A stretch of 64,000 nucleotides of DNA, taken from NCBI GenBank assembly GCA_963815115.1, contig CAWFFN010000008.1, positions 288,001 through 352,000 of the forward strand. The letters run 5' to 3'. A program made the translations under genes and the position numbers. Positions 54,896 through 64,000 of this stretch are shown piece by piece (the stretch's first letter is position 1; each line of letters starts with the position of its first letter). The DNA is from an uncultured delta proteobacterium. Lineage in GTDB: Bacteria > Desulfobacterota > Binatia > DP-6. The notes under the pieces are model-generated. The model was not told the DNA's origin. It saw only the letters and a program-made list of their open reading frames with translations, and searched no databases.

Positions 54896-55933
54896 TCAGG
54901 GCACCAGAGCGGGCATCTCCAGGCCGACCGTCTCCGGCAGGCCCAGCATGATGTTCAGGCACTGGACCGCCTGCCCCGCCGCGCCCTTCCCGAGGTTGTC
55001 GATCGCCGTCATCACGATCGCTCGCCCCGTCCGCTCGTCCCAGTGCCAGCCGATGCTGCACCGGTTCGTCCCACGCACCTCGCGCAGCTCGGGCACCTCT
55101 CCTCCCCGCAGGACCACGAAGGGCTCGGCACCGTAGGCAGCCTCGAAGAGCTCCCCGAGCCGCTCCGGGCGGCCGTCCATTGGCACGTACATCGTGCTGA
55201 GGATGCCGCGACTGACGGGAAGCAGATGCGGGACGAAGATGCAGGGCGCGTCGGCGCCGGCGCGCATCAGCTCCTGATCGATCTCCGGCCGGTGCCGGTG
55301 TCCGGCGACTGCGTAGGCACGACAGTTCTCGTTGACCTCGGCGAAGAGCTGGTCGACCTTGACGCTCCTGCCGGCTCCCGTCGTCCCCGACTTGGCGTCG
55401 ATGATCACCGGCTCGCGGATGAGGCCGGCGCGTGCCAGCGGCACCAGTCCGAGCAGGGCGCCGGTGGGATAGCAGCCCGGCACCGCGACGAGCCGGGTAC
55501 CCCGGAGGGCCTCGCGGTAGAGCTCGGGAAGTCCGTACACCGCCTGCGAGAGCAGCTCGGGGGCCGCGTGCGGTCCGTACCAGCGGGCGTAGACGGCCGC
55601 ATCCCGCAATCGAAAGTCCGCCGAGATGTCCAGGACGCGCGGGCCGTCGGCGAGCACGTCGCGCACGAACGGCGCCGCCGTCCCGTGCGGCAGCGCGGTG
55701 AAGACGATCTCGGCCGATGACTCGCGCCAGGCCTCCGGCGTCGACAGTGGCAGATCGACGATGCCAGAGAGGAACGGGTAGACCTCCGAGGCGCGGCGCG
55801 AGCGGTATTGCTCCGAGGACAGGAACGTGACCTCGACCGCCGGATGCCGAGCGAGGAGCCTGAGCAGCTCTACTCCCGCGTAGCCGGTAGCGCCCAGCAC
55901 CGCGACGCGAACTCGCTCGGACGACGCAGGCAT
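54896..55933 (-). CDS. argC: N-acetyl-gamma-glutamyl-phosphate reductase
   Basis: GATGYAGVEL, ALPHG, VPGCYPT, SGTTGAGR, IDNLGKGAAGQAVQ. Confidence 0.95.
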   Translation of the reverse strand: MPASSERVRVAVLGATGYAGVELLRLLARHPAVEVTFLSSEQYRSRRASEVYPFLSGIVDLPLSTPEAWRESSAEIVFTALPHGTAAPFVRDVLADGPRVLDISADFRLRDAAVYARWYGPHAAPELLSQAVYGLPELYREALRGTRLVAVPGCYPTGALLGLVPLARAGLIREPVIIDAKSGTTGAGRSVKVDQLFAEVNENCRAYAVAGHRHRPEIDQELMRAGADAPCIFVPHLLPVSRGILSTMYVPMDGRPERLGELFEAAYGAEPFVVLRGGEVPELREVRGTNRCSIGWHWDERTGRAIVMTAIDNLGKGAAGQAVQCLNIMLGLPETVGLEMPALVP

Positions 55934-55942
55934 CGAATGACG

Positions 55943-55971
55943 GGTCTACGCGAGCGGCACGCCGCACGCAA
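55943..55971 (-). promoter_or_regulatory. Putative argC promoter (TTGCGT-N17-TAGACC), near-leaderless
   Basis: 17-nt spacer; -10 ends 9 nt before the ATG; no SD. Confidence 0.35.
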
Positions 55972-55996
55972 CGCGCGCCCCCGACTCGCAGCGGCG

Positions 55997-56395
55997 CTAG
56001 CGCTTCGAGTACTGCGGCCGCTTGCGCGCCTTGTGGCGCCCGTACTTCTTGCGCTCGACGGCACGCGAATCACGCGTGATGAAGCCGGCCTTCTTGAGCG
56101 CGGGGCGATACTCCGGGTCGACCTGGAGGAGCGCGCGCGTGATGCCATGCCGGATGGCCACGGCCTGGGCGCTCACACCGCCGCCGCAGACGTTCACGTC
56201 GGTCCGGTACTGCCCGGCCGTCGACGTGACCTCGAACGGCTGGCGGATGATCATGCGCGACGACTCGCGCCCGAAGTACTCGTCCGCCGGACGCGCATTC
56301 ACGGTGATCTCACCCTCGCCGGCGCGGAGCCTCACGCGCGCGACGGAGGTCTTGCGCTTGCCAGTCCCGGAGAACGTGTTGGTCTCTGCGCTCAT
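55997..56395 (-). CDS. rpsI: 30S ribosomal protein S9
   Basis: [36 protein letters not shown]. Confidence 0.98.
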   Translation of the reverse strand: MSAETNTFSGTGKRKTSVARVRLRAGEGEITVNARPADEYFGRESSRMIIRQPFEVTSTAGQYRTDVNVCGGGVSAQAVAIRHGITRALLQVDPEYRPALKKAGFITRDSRAVERKKYGRHKARKRPQYSKR

Positions 56396-56410
56396 CGATG
56401 TCGCCGATCC

Positions 56411-56854
56411 TCAGGTGAGTGGCACCGGCCTCTGCGCCCGGTGCGGATGATCGGGACCGGCGTAGACCTTGAGCTTGGTCGCGAGCCGGCGCCCGAGGCG
56501 GTTCTTCGGCAGCATGCCCTCGACGGCCTCGCGGATCACGCGGGTTGGCTTCTTGTCGAGGACTTCCTGCGCGCTCGCTCGCTTGATGCCGCCGGGATAG
56601 CCGGAGTGGCGGACATAGGTCTTGTCGGCGAGCTTGTTGCCGGTCAGCCGCACGCCCTTCGCGTTGACCACGATGACGAAGTCACCGGCATCGAGGTGCG
56701 GCGAGAAGCTCGGCTTGTGCTTGCCGCGCAGCACGGTGGCTATCCGGGTCGCCAGCCGGCCGAGGACCTGTCCGTCGGCGTCGGCAACGTACCAGCGACG
56801 CTCGGCCCGAGCGGCTTCGGTGGTCAGGCTTCGCGTCTCGTGTGTGATGGGCAT
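56411..56854 (-). CDS. rplM: 50S ribosomal protein L13
   Basis: [35 protein letters not shown]. Confidence 0.98.
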   Translation of the reverse strand: MPITHETRSLTTEAARAERRWYVADADGQVLGRLATRIATVLRGKHKPSFSPHLDAGDFVIVVNAKGVRLTGNKLADKTYVRHSGYPGGIKRASAQEVLDKKPTRVIREAVEGMLPKNRLGRRLATKLKVYAGPDHPHRAQRPVPLT

Positions 56855-56875
56855 GTGCGAACTCGGGAGAAATGA

Positions 56876-56949
<74 letters not shown>

Positions 56950-56973
56950 GTGCTGCTCGGCCCGGAGCGAGCG

Positions 56974-57002
56974 TGATTAGCCTACCGCCGCTCGCGTTGC
57001 AA
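56974..57002 (-). promoter_or_regulatory. Putative promoter for tRNA-Asp-rplM-rpsI (TTGCAA-N17-TAATCA)
   Basis: 17-nt spacer, just upstream of tRNA-Asp. Confidence 0.5.
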
Positions 57003-57120
57003 TCCCGGGATGGAGCTCGGCACCCCGAGTTGCGTTCCCGCACGGGATGACGTTGTAGGGGGGCCGGGGCCCGCGATTGCCGTCGGGTGCGGCTCCGCGA
57101 CAGCAGGAGGAGGTACCGGG

Positions 57121-57678
57121 ATGGCGGGTCCCGTCGGAAGCGTGGCACAGGGGGGACGGTCGGCCTCCGGATGGTCGATCGTTGCTGGCGTGATCCTCGT
57201 GATCGCCGGCGTGCTGGCGATCGGGGTACCGTGGATCCCGGCCCTGGTGGCGACGCTGTGGGTCGCCTGGGCGCTGGTGTTCGGCGGAGCAGCCGAGATC
57301 ATCAACGCCTTGGTCACGCGTGCGGGGATGATCTGGAAGCTGGCGCTCGGTCTGCTCTACATCGCGACCGGTCTCTTCATTCTGTTCCGACCCGAGCCCG
57401 GCCTTGCGGCGGTGGCCCTGGTCCTCGGCGTGTTCCTGCTCGTCCAGGGCATCATCCTCGGCTTCATTGCTCTGCAGTGGCGCCCGATGTCGGGCTGGGG
57501 ATGGTGGCTCTTCGACGCCGTCATCACCCTGCTCCTCGCCTTCTTCATCCTGGAAGGCTGGCCCAGCAACTCGGCCGCGATGCTCGGACTCTTCGTCGGA
57601 GCGAGCATGCTCGTCAGCGGGGTGAATCGCCTCGTCCTCGCCTCGGCCATGCGAGCCGCCGTCCCGAAGCCGGCCTGA
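57121..57678 (+). CDS. HdeD/DUF308 family membrane protein
   Basis: Strong AGGAGG SD; about 6 TM helices; GWGWWLFDA..EGWP..LGLFVG..L.SG pattern. Confidence 0.8.
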   Translation: MAGPVGSVAQGGRSASGWSIVAGVILVIAGVLAIGVPWIPALVATLWVAWALVFGGAAEIINALVTRAGMIWKLALGLLYIATGLFILFRPEPGLAAVALVLGVFLLVQGIILGFIALQWRPMSGWGWWLFDAVITLLLAFFILEGWPSNSAAMLGLFVGASMLVSGVNRLVLASAMRAAVPKPA

Positions 57679-57703
57679 GGCGACTCGCGAACGACGCCTC
57701 CCC

Positions 57704-58777
57704 TCAGGGGCGGACGACGTAGAAGGCGTTGATCGGACTATCGAGCTGGAGGGCCTCGAACGAGGCGAAGCCCGCTTCCCGGGTCATCCGCCGGGCGAGG
57801 TCCTCGGACAGCCCGAGCGTGCCGAGCCCCGCGCCGCCTGCCTCGGACAGCGCCGACGACATGCAGGCCAGCACGGAGATGCCGTACATCATCGGCGTCA
57901 TCGGATTCTTCGCCACCTCCGCCTCGTAGCTCCCCTGCGCCTTCACGTCGGCGATGAGCCACACGCCATCGGGCCGGATCGCGGCCCGGATGCTCCGCAT
58001 CGCCCTGGCCGGATCGGTCATGTCGTGCAGGCAGTCGAAGGTGGTGATGAACCCGAAGCGGCCGTCCTCCGGGAGGGGGTCCGAACGGACCTCGTGGAAC
58101 GTCACGTTGGCCACGCCGGCGGCCGCACGGTTCTCCTCGGCGCGGTCCAGGGCATGCGTCGAGATGTCCCAGCCATGGAACTCCGAACGCGGGAACGCCC
58201 TGGCCATCTCGACGAGCGCAACGCCGGCTCCGCACCCCACGTCGGCGACCGCGATGCCATCCATGAGCCGCTCGACCACTCCGGGCACCGCCGGCAGCGC
58301 CAGCGGCACCAGCAGCGTCCGGAACCAGGGCGCGAACCCGCGCTCGATGCCGACCGCGCCTTCGGGACCGAAGGCATCGTAGGGCAAACCGATGCCGGTG
58401 CGGAACGCCTCCGGCAGGCGATCGAGGATGCCGGCGAGCTGCGGCAGCAGCGAGAAGAAGCCGGCCCCGCAGGTGGGAGCGCTCACGTCGGCCAGCACCG
58501 CCTCCCCCTCGGCGCTGAGTGCGAAGCGGCCAGCCCCGCGGTAGTCCAGGATACCCGCCGCCCCCTGCTGCGCGAGCCATTCGCGTATCCAGCGCTCGTT
58601 CAGCCCCGTGCGCCCCGCCAGGTCGGCGCTGGTCAACGGCTCTCCGTCGGCGAGCGCTCGATACAATCCCAGCCGGTCTCCCAGCCAGACCATGATCGAG
58701 GTCATGGCACCGCCGAGCGCATCGAACACGCGCCGGGCATAGAGCTTGAGCGCATCGGGATCCGTCGCGCGAGCCAT
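57704..58777 (-). CDS. Class I SAM-dependent methyltransferase with N-terminal winged helix (Rv2258c-like)
   Basis: GDRLGLYRALA..ERWIREWL, VADVGCGAG, TFDCLHDMTDP, GLGTLG. Confidence 0.85.
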   Translation of the reverse strand: MARATDPDALKLYARRVFDALGGAMTSIMVWLGDRLGLYRALADGEPLTSADLAGRTGLNERWIREWLAQQGAAGILDYRGAGRFALSAEGEAVLADVSAPTCGAGFFSLLPQLAGILDRLPEAFRTGIGLPYDAFGPEGAVGIERGFAPWFRTLLVPLALPAVPGVVERLMDGIAVADVGCGAGVALVEMARAFPRSEFHGWDISTHALDRAEENRAAAGVANVTFHEVRSDPLPEDGRFGFITTFDCLHDMTDPARAMRSIRAAIRPDGVWLIADVKAQGSYEAEVAKNPMTPMMYGISVLACMSSALSEAGGAGLGTLGLSEDLARRMTREAGFASFEALQLDSPINAFYVVRP

Positions 58778-58952
58778 GCGGGCAGTCAAGCACGGTCGCC
58801 CCGAAGGTTGCCAGAGGCCCGAGCGAGAGCGTCCTCCCGTTGCCCCGCAGTCATGGGTAGGGACGAAAGGGATTGCGCCCATGTCCGAACCCGTTGACAA
58901 TCACCGACTACCCGTAGGAAGCACATCACGAGCACGCCCGGCGGAGGGATAC

Positions 58953-60503
58953 GTGGCTACTGCGGTCGAAGGCGAAGCAAGAGACGACGAGATCGACCTG
59001 ACCGCGCCGGCCGCCGGCCGACCGCTGCGCGTCGTGCTCCTCGGCTTCTACAACTACTTCTCGCACGCGCTGCGCATCTTCCATCCCCTGCTCGCCCAGC
59101 GCGGTCACGAGGTTCATTCGGTCTTCGTGAAGAACCAGTTCACCTACGGCCACCCCACCCGGCAGGAAGAGGACATGGTCGTGGAGCTCGTCGAGAGCCT
59201 TCGACCCGACGTCGTGGCCGTGTCGGTCTGGTCCACCTACTTCCAGCTCGCGGCGCGGCTCACCGAGCGCATCAAGGAACGGACGGGTGCGGTCGCCATC
59301 TGGGGCGGCATCCATGCCCAGGTGGAGCCCGAGGAGAGCCTGCGCTACGCCGACGTCGTCTGCCGGTCGGAGGGCGAATACGTGCTGGCGGAGCTCACCG
59401 ACCGGATCGGACTCGGCCAGGACTACACCGACCTGCGTGGCTGCTGGGTCCGGCACGACGAGACGATCGCGCGCAACCCGCCCCGGATGCTCATCTCGAA
59501 TCTGGACGCCCTGCCCCCGGCCGATCACTCGCCGCACAACAGGCATTACCTGGGACACGGAGCCTGGGTGGATGCGGCGAGCTTCGATGCCGACCAGGTG
59601 TCGTGCGACATCATGATGGTGCGCGGCTGCCCGTTCGAGTGCACGTTCTGCATCCACAACTACACGCGCAAGGTGTCGGTGGGGCTCGGGACCTACATCC
59701 GCCGCCGCTCGGTCGACCACGTCCTCCGCGAGCTTGCGGCGGTGAAGAGGCAGCGACCGAAGCTCGCCGGCATCGCCATCAGCGACGACATCTTCGCCCC
59801 GCCGCGCCGCTGGCTGGAGGAGTTCTGCGATCGGTACAAGCGCGAGATCGGGCTGCCGTTCGCGATCTGGACCTTCCCGGGCATGGTCGACGAGGACAAG
59901 GTGCGCCTCATGCGCGACGCCGGCCTCGGGTTCGCCACCATGGGAATCCAGTCGGGCTCCGAGCGCATCCGGCGCGAGTGCTACGAGCGCGAGACCAGCG
60001 ACGACGACATCGTGAAGGCCTGCGAGATACTCAAGCGGCACGGCGTGGGCCGCAACCTCGACTTCATCGGGGACAACCCGTACGAGGCCGAGGAGGATCG
60101 GCAGGCCACCCTGGACCTCCTGCTGCGACTGCCCAAGCCGTTCTACTTCAACTACTTCTCGCTCACCTATTTCCCCGGAGTCGAGCTCACGACGCGGGCG
60201 TTGCGCGACGGGCACATCAAGGCCGAGGACGTCGAGCATCTGGCGCAGAAGGGCTACGAGCTGTGGGGCGGGACCCTCTCACCCCTGCGCTCCATCGAGG
60301 ATCTCCGGTGGGACGTCGCCTACATGATGGCCGTCTATCGCTTCCCGCGTTGGCTCGTCGAAGCGATGGTGCGGCGTCCCGTCTTCCGTAGGCACATCCA
60401 CCGGGCCGCCGAGGGCATGCGGCACCTCCGCACAATGGCCCACTGGAAGGCCAGGGTCGCCCACCGCCTGACGGGTCAGCTGATCTTCCCGTCGCCGAGC
60501 TGA
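58953..60503 (+). CDS. Cobalamin-dependent (class B) radical SAM protein
   Basis: B12-binding domain (IWGGIHA, VCRSEGE), RGCPFECTFC, SDDIF, GIQSGSERIR; GTG 58953 with GGAGG SD (start uncertain). Confidence 0.87.
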   Translation: MATAVEGEARDDEIDLTAPAAGRPLRVVLLGFYNYFSHALRIFHPLLAQRGHEVHSVFVKNQFTYGHPTRQEEDMVVELVESLRPDVVAVSVWSTYFQLAARLTERIKERTGAVAIWGGIHAQVEPEESLRYADVVCRSEGEYVLAELTDRIGLGQDYTDLRGCWVRHDETIARNPPRMLISNLDALPPADHSPHNRHYLGHGAWVDAASFDADQVSCDIMMVRGCPFECTFCIHNYTRKVSVGLGTYIRRRSVDHVLRELAAVKRQRPKLAGIAISDDIFAPPRRWLEEFCDRYKREIGLPFAIWTFPGMVDEDKVRLMRDAGLGFATMGIQSGSERIRRECYERETSDDDIVKACEILKRHGVGRNLDFIGDNPYEAEEDRQATLDLLLRLPKPFYFNYFSLTYFPGVELTTRALRDGHIKAEDVEHLAQKGYELWGGTLSPLRSIEDLRWDVAYMMAVYRFPRWLVEAMVRRPVFRRHIHRAAEGMRHLRTMAHWKARVAHRLTGQLIFPSPS

Positions 60504-60531
60504 ACGCCCTCGACGGACAGGACGATCGCAG

Positions 60532-60603
60532 TGGGCGGTACTGGGATCGAACCAGTGACCCCCGGCTTGTAAGGCCGATGCTCTGCCGCTGAGCTAACCG
60601 CCC
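60532..60603 (-). tRNA. tRNA-Val(TAC)
   Basis: GGGCGGTTAGCTCAG..CTTACAA..GTTCGATCC..ACCGCCCA. Confidence 0.95.
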
Positions 60604-60617
60604 GGCCCGGGACGGCG

Positions 60618-60891
60618 CTAGTTGAGCGTATCCTTGAACGTCTTGCCGGCTTTGAATTTTGCCGACTTGGACGCCGAGGATCTGGATGCTCTCACCGGTC
60701 TTCGGGTTGCGTCCCGTGCGTGCCTTGCGCATCGAAACCGCGAAGGTACCGAAGCCGGAGATGTTGACCTTGTCTCCGTTGCGGAGCGCGCCGACGATGT
60801 CGTCGAAGACGATGTTGACGGCACGCTCGGCCTGCCCCTTCGGCAGATCGAGCTTGGTGGCGACGGATTCGATCAGGTCGGCCTTGGTCAT
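60618..60891 (-). CDS. hup: DNA-binding protein HU; +1 indel near 60678
   Basis: MTKADLIE..GFGTF..ARTGRNPKTGESIQI then SASKSAKFKAGKTFKDTLN; span 274 nt = 3n+1. Confidence 0.93.
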
Positions 60892-60918
60892 CGCCTATCC
60901 CCTCTCACGGGCGCGGCC

Positions 60919-60947
60919 GCTTTAGCAACCGACCCGTGGGCTGTCAA
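60919..60947 (-). promoter_or_regulatory. Putative hup promoter (TTGACA-N17-TAAAGC, extended TG)
   Basis: Perfect -35 overlapping the lon stop, 17-nt spacer. Confidence 0.55.
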
Positions 60948-63408
60948 TGCGTGACGACGTCGGTGTCGGGCTGCACCGGCGCCGGGAACGGCGGCGGCGC
61001 GACCGGCTCCGCAGGGGGCGGATCGACGGGCTTCCGCAGGTACGCCTCGGGATCCTCGAGCACGAGTGCCTTCCGCAGCACGTGGTCCATGTGCTCGACG
61101 GTCTCGATGGCCACCGACTTCAAGATGACCGCCGGAATGTCCTGGATGTCCTTCTGGTTCTCGAACGGGACGAGGACGCGCTTGATCCCGCCGCGATGAG
61201 CCGCCAGGACCTTCTCCTTGAGTCCACCGATGGGCAGCACGTAGCCCCGGAGGGTGACCTCACCCGTCATCGCGAGGTCGTGGCGGACGGGGATGCGGGT
61301 GAGCGCCGACACGAGCGCCGTGGCCATGGTGATGCCTGCCGAGGGTCCGTCCTTGGGAATGGCGCCCTCGGGCACGTGAATGTGGATGTCGATCTTCTGG
61401 TAGAAGTCGCGCTCCAGCCCGAGCTCCTCTGCGCGCGAGCGCACGTAGGACAGTGCGGCCTGCGCCGACTCCTGCATGACCTCGCCGAGGCGGCCGGTGA
61501 TGATGAGCTTGCCCTTCCCCGGCAGGACCTGCACCTCGGTGGCGAGCAGTTCGCCGCCGAGATCGGTCCACGCGAGTCCGGTGGCGACTCCGACCTTGTG
61601 CTCCATCTCGGCCTTGCCGAAGCGGAAGCGCGGCGGCCCGAGATACGGCAGCAGCGACTTCGTCGTCACCCGCACCTGGGCGTTGCGATCCTTCTTCACG
61701 ACCTCGACGGCCACCTTCCGGCAGATGGAGGCGATCTCGCGCTCGAGGTTCCGGACGCCCGCTTCCTTCGTGTAGTGACGGACGAGCGCCAGTATCGAGT
61801 TGTCGGCGAAGACGATGTTGGCCTCCTGAAGGCCGTTGGCTTCGCGCTGCTTCGGAATCAGGTAGCGCTTGGCGATGTTGAGCTTCTCCAGCTCGGTGTA
61901 GCCGGCGATCCGGATGATCTCCATGCGGTCCTGGAGGGGGCGGGGATCCGCTCCAGCGTGTTCGCCGTAGTGATGAACATGACCTTGGACAGGTCGTAGT
62001 CGACGTCCAGGTAGTGGTCGTTGAACGAGTTGTTCTGCTCCGGATCGAGAACCTCGAGCAGCGCCGACGACGGATCGCCGCGGAAGTCGGTCGACATCTT
62101 GTCGACCTCGTCGAGAAGGAAGACCGGGTTGCCCGAAGCGGCCTTCTTCATCGACTGGATGATCTTGCCGGGGAGCGCGCCGATGTACGTGCGCCGGTGG
62201 CCGCGAATCTCGGCCTCGTCGCGCACGCCGCCCAGCGACACGCGCACGAACTTCCGGCCGGTGGCGCGAGCAATCGACTTCCCGAGTGACGTCTTGCCGA
62301 CGCCTGGCGGGCCGACCAGACACAGGATGGGCCCCTTCAGATGGCCGACCAGGCTCTGGACCGCGAGGTACTCGAGGATACGCTGCTTCACCTTCTCGAG
62401 CCCGTAGTGGTCCTCCTCGAGCACCTGCTCGGCGACGCCGATGTCGAGCTTGTCCTCGGTGTAGTCCCGCCATGGCAGCGAGATGAGCCAGTCGATGTAG
62501 TTGCGGACGACGGTCGCCTCCGCCGACATCGGCGACATCATCTTGAGCTTCTTGAGCTCCTTCTCCGCCTTCTCGCGTGCCTCCGCCGACAGCTTCTTCT
62601 GGCGGATCTTCTCCTCGAGCTCCTGGATCTCGTTCTTGAACTCGTCCTTCTCGCCGAGCTCCTTCTGGATCGCGCGCATCTGCTCGTTGAGGTAATACTC
62701 CTTCTGGGTCTTCTCCATCTGCTTCTTGACCCGGGAGCGGATGCGCTTCTCGACCTCGAGGATCTCGATCTCGGACCGCATGAAGCCGAGCACCTTCTCG
62801 AGGCGCTCGGCCGGATTCAGCATCTCGAGCAACGCCTGCTTGTCCTCGAGCTTGATGCCGAGGTGGGCGACGATGGTGTCCGCCAGGCGCGCCGGGTCGT
62901 CGATCGACGCCACCGACATGGTCATCTCTGGCGGAATCTTCTTGTTCAGCTTGGCGTAGTTCTCGAAGGTGGAATTGACGCTGCGAACGAGCGCCTCGAC
63001 CTCCGTGGTCTTGTCGCACTGCTCCTCGATGGGCTCCACCTCGACGAGGAAGTGCTCGGCGTGGTCGAGGTAGCGCGTGACGCGCGCGCGCTGCTTGCCC
63101 TCGACGAGCACCTTGACGGTGCCGTCAGGCAGGCGCAGCAGCTGGACGACCGTCCCGAGCGTACCGACGCGGTAGATGTCCTCCTCGGCGGGCTCGTTCG
63201 TCTTGGCATCCTTCTGCGCCGCCAGCAGCACCGGTCGCTGCTTGTTCACCGCCTCCTCGAGCGCACGGATCGACTTCTGGCGACCGACGAAGAGCGGGAC
63301 CACCATGTGCGGGAAGACGATGATGTCGCGCAGGGGAAGGAGAGGGACGCGCAGCTCCCCGCCCGCCGGCGGGCCCTGAGGATCGCGCTTGTCGTTCCGG
63401 AACAGCAT
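60944..63408 (-). CDS. lon: ATP-dependent Lon protease; -1 indel near 61936-61945
   Basis: [23 protein letters not shown], then [24 protein letters not shown]; span 2465 nt = 3n-1. Confidence 0.95.
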
Positions 63409-63458
63409 GCAGACCTATTCTGCCTGGCTCCCGATTGCTTCTCGACTGCGGCCCGGGG

Positions 63459-64000
63459 TCAGGCGGTCTCGGCCGCTTTCTGGTAGAGGACGATCGGCTG
63501 CTCCCGGTTGGTCACGACCTCCTCGGAGATCAAGACCTCCTTGATGTTCGGCTGGCAGGGGATGTCGTACATCACGTCGAGCATGATGTTCTCCATGATC
63601 GCCCGCAGCCCGCGTGCGCCGGACTTCCGCTTGAGGGCCTCGCGCGCGATCGCGCTCAGCGCCCCGTCGGTGAACCGCAGGTGCACGCCTTCCATCTCGA
63701 AGAGCTTCTGGTACTGCCGCGTCAGGGCGTTCTTCGGCTCGCGCAGGATGCGAACCAGAGCGGCCTCGTCCAGCTCCTGCAGGGTGGCGATCACGGGGAG
63801 GCGCCCGACGAACTCGGGGATCAGCCCGAACTTGAGCAGGTCCTCGGTCTGGACCTCCTCGAGGAGCGCGCCCATGGTGCGCTCGTCACGGCGGCGGACG
63901 TCGGCCCCGAAGCCCATCCCCTTCACGCCGATGCGACGCCGGATGATGTCGTCGAGCCCGACGAAGGCGCCGCCGCAGATGAAGAGGATGTTCGTGGTGT
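63459..64000 (-). CDS. clpX: ATP-dependent Clp protease ATPase ClpX (5' part outside window)
   Basis: [35 protein letters not shown]; upstream of lon. Confidence 0.95.
   Translation of the reverse strand, partial: TTNILFICGGAFVGLDDIIRRRIGVKGMGFGADVRRRDERTMGALLEEVQTEDLLKFGLIPEFVGRLPVIATLQELDEAALVRILREPKNALTRQYQKLFEMEGVHLRFTDGALSAIAREALKRKSGARGLRAIMENIMLDVMYDIPCQPNIKEVLISEEVVTNREQPIVLYQKAAETA

Noticed and set aside
57012-57096. Potential stem (GGAGC..GCACCC / GGGTGC..GCTCC) upstream of the HdeD gene
   Set aside because: Interrupted pairing of this length is expected at this GC content, and no family resemblance was seen.
58778-58952. Possible cobalamin or SAH riboswitch between the methyltransferase and radical SAM genes
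   Set aside because: Only a short CATGGG/CCCATG stem and a TTGACA without a properly spaced -10. Conserved riboswitch boxes are not recognisable.

Overview
High-GC (roughly 70% by eye) bacterial core-genome region. Gene content and order resemble deltaproteobacteria-like lineages, possibly Ca. Binatia (inference only). Almost everything is on the minus strand. Read from the right end: clpX(partial)-lon-hup-tRNA-Val, a three-gene insert (B12 radical SAM, SAM methyltransferase, HdeD-like), tRNA-Asp-rplM-rpsI-argC, lptFG (plus strand), rlmB, the Thr-Tyr-Gly-Thr tRNA cluster, rpmG-tRNA-Trp-secE-nusG-rplKAJL-rpoBC, the str, S10, spc and alpha operons, a degenerate ArgRS-like gene, a SPOR protein, trpEGDCFBA, folC, lptD, rfbB, gmd, rmd, gspE, an AP-superfamily phosphodiesterase and gspF(partial). 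Eight single-base indels break rpsC, rplK, trpE, hup and lon, and three of them cancel each other inside lptD. They are most likely read errors, and 6 of 8 lie next to GATC. The most unusual features are (i) a ~286-nt nested palindrome or rod-like element between trpA and folC that covers the folC initiation site, (ii) an intact but catalytically dead ArgRS paralogue heading the trp operon, preceded by a possible leaderless Trp-containing uORF, and (iii) a hidden Cys-rich loop in LptD. No CRISPR array, transposase or prophage was seen.
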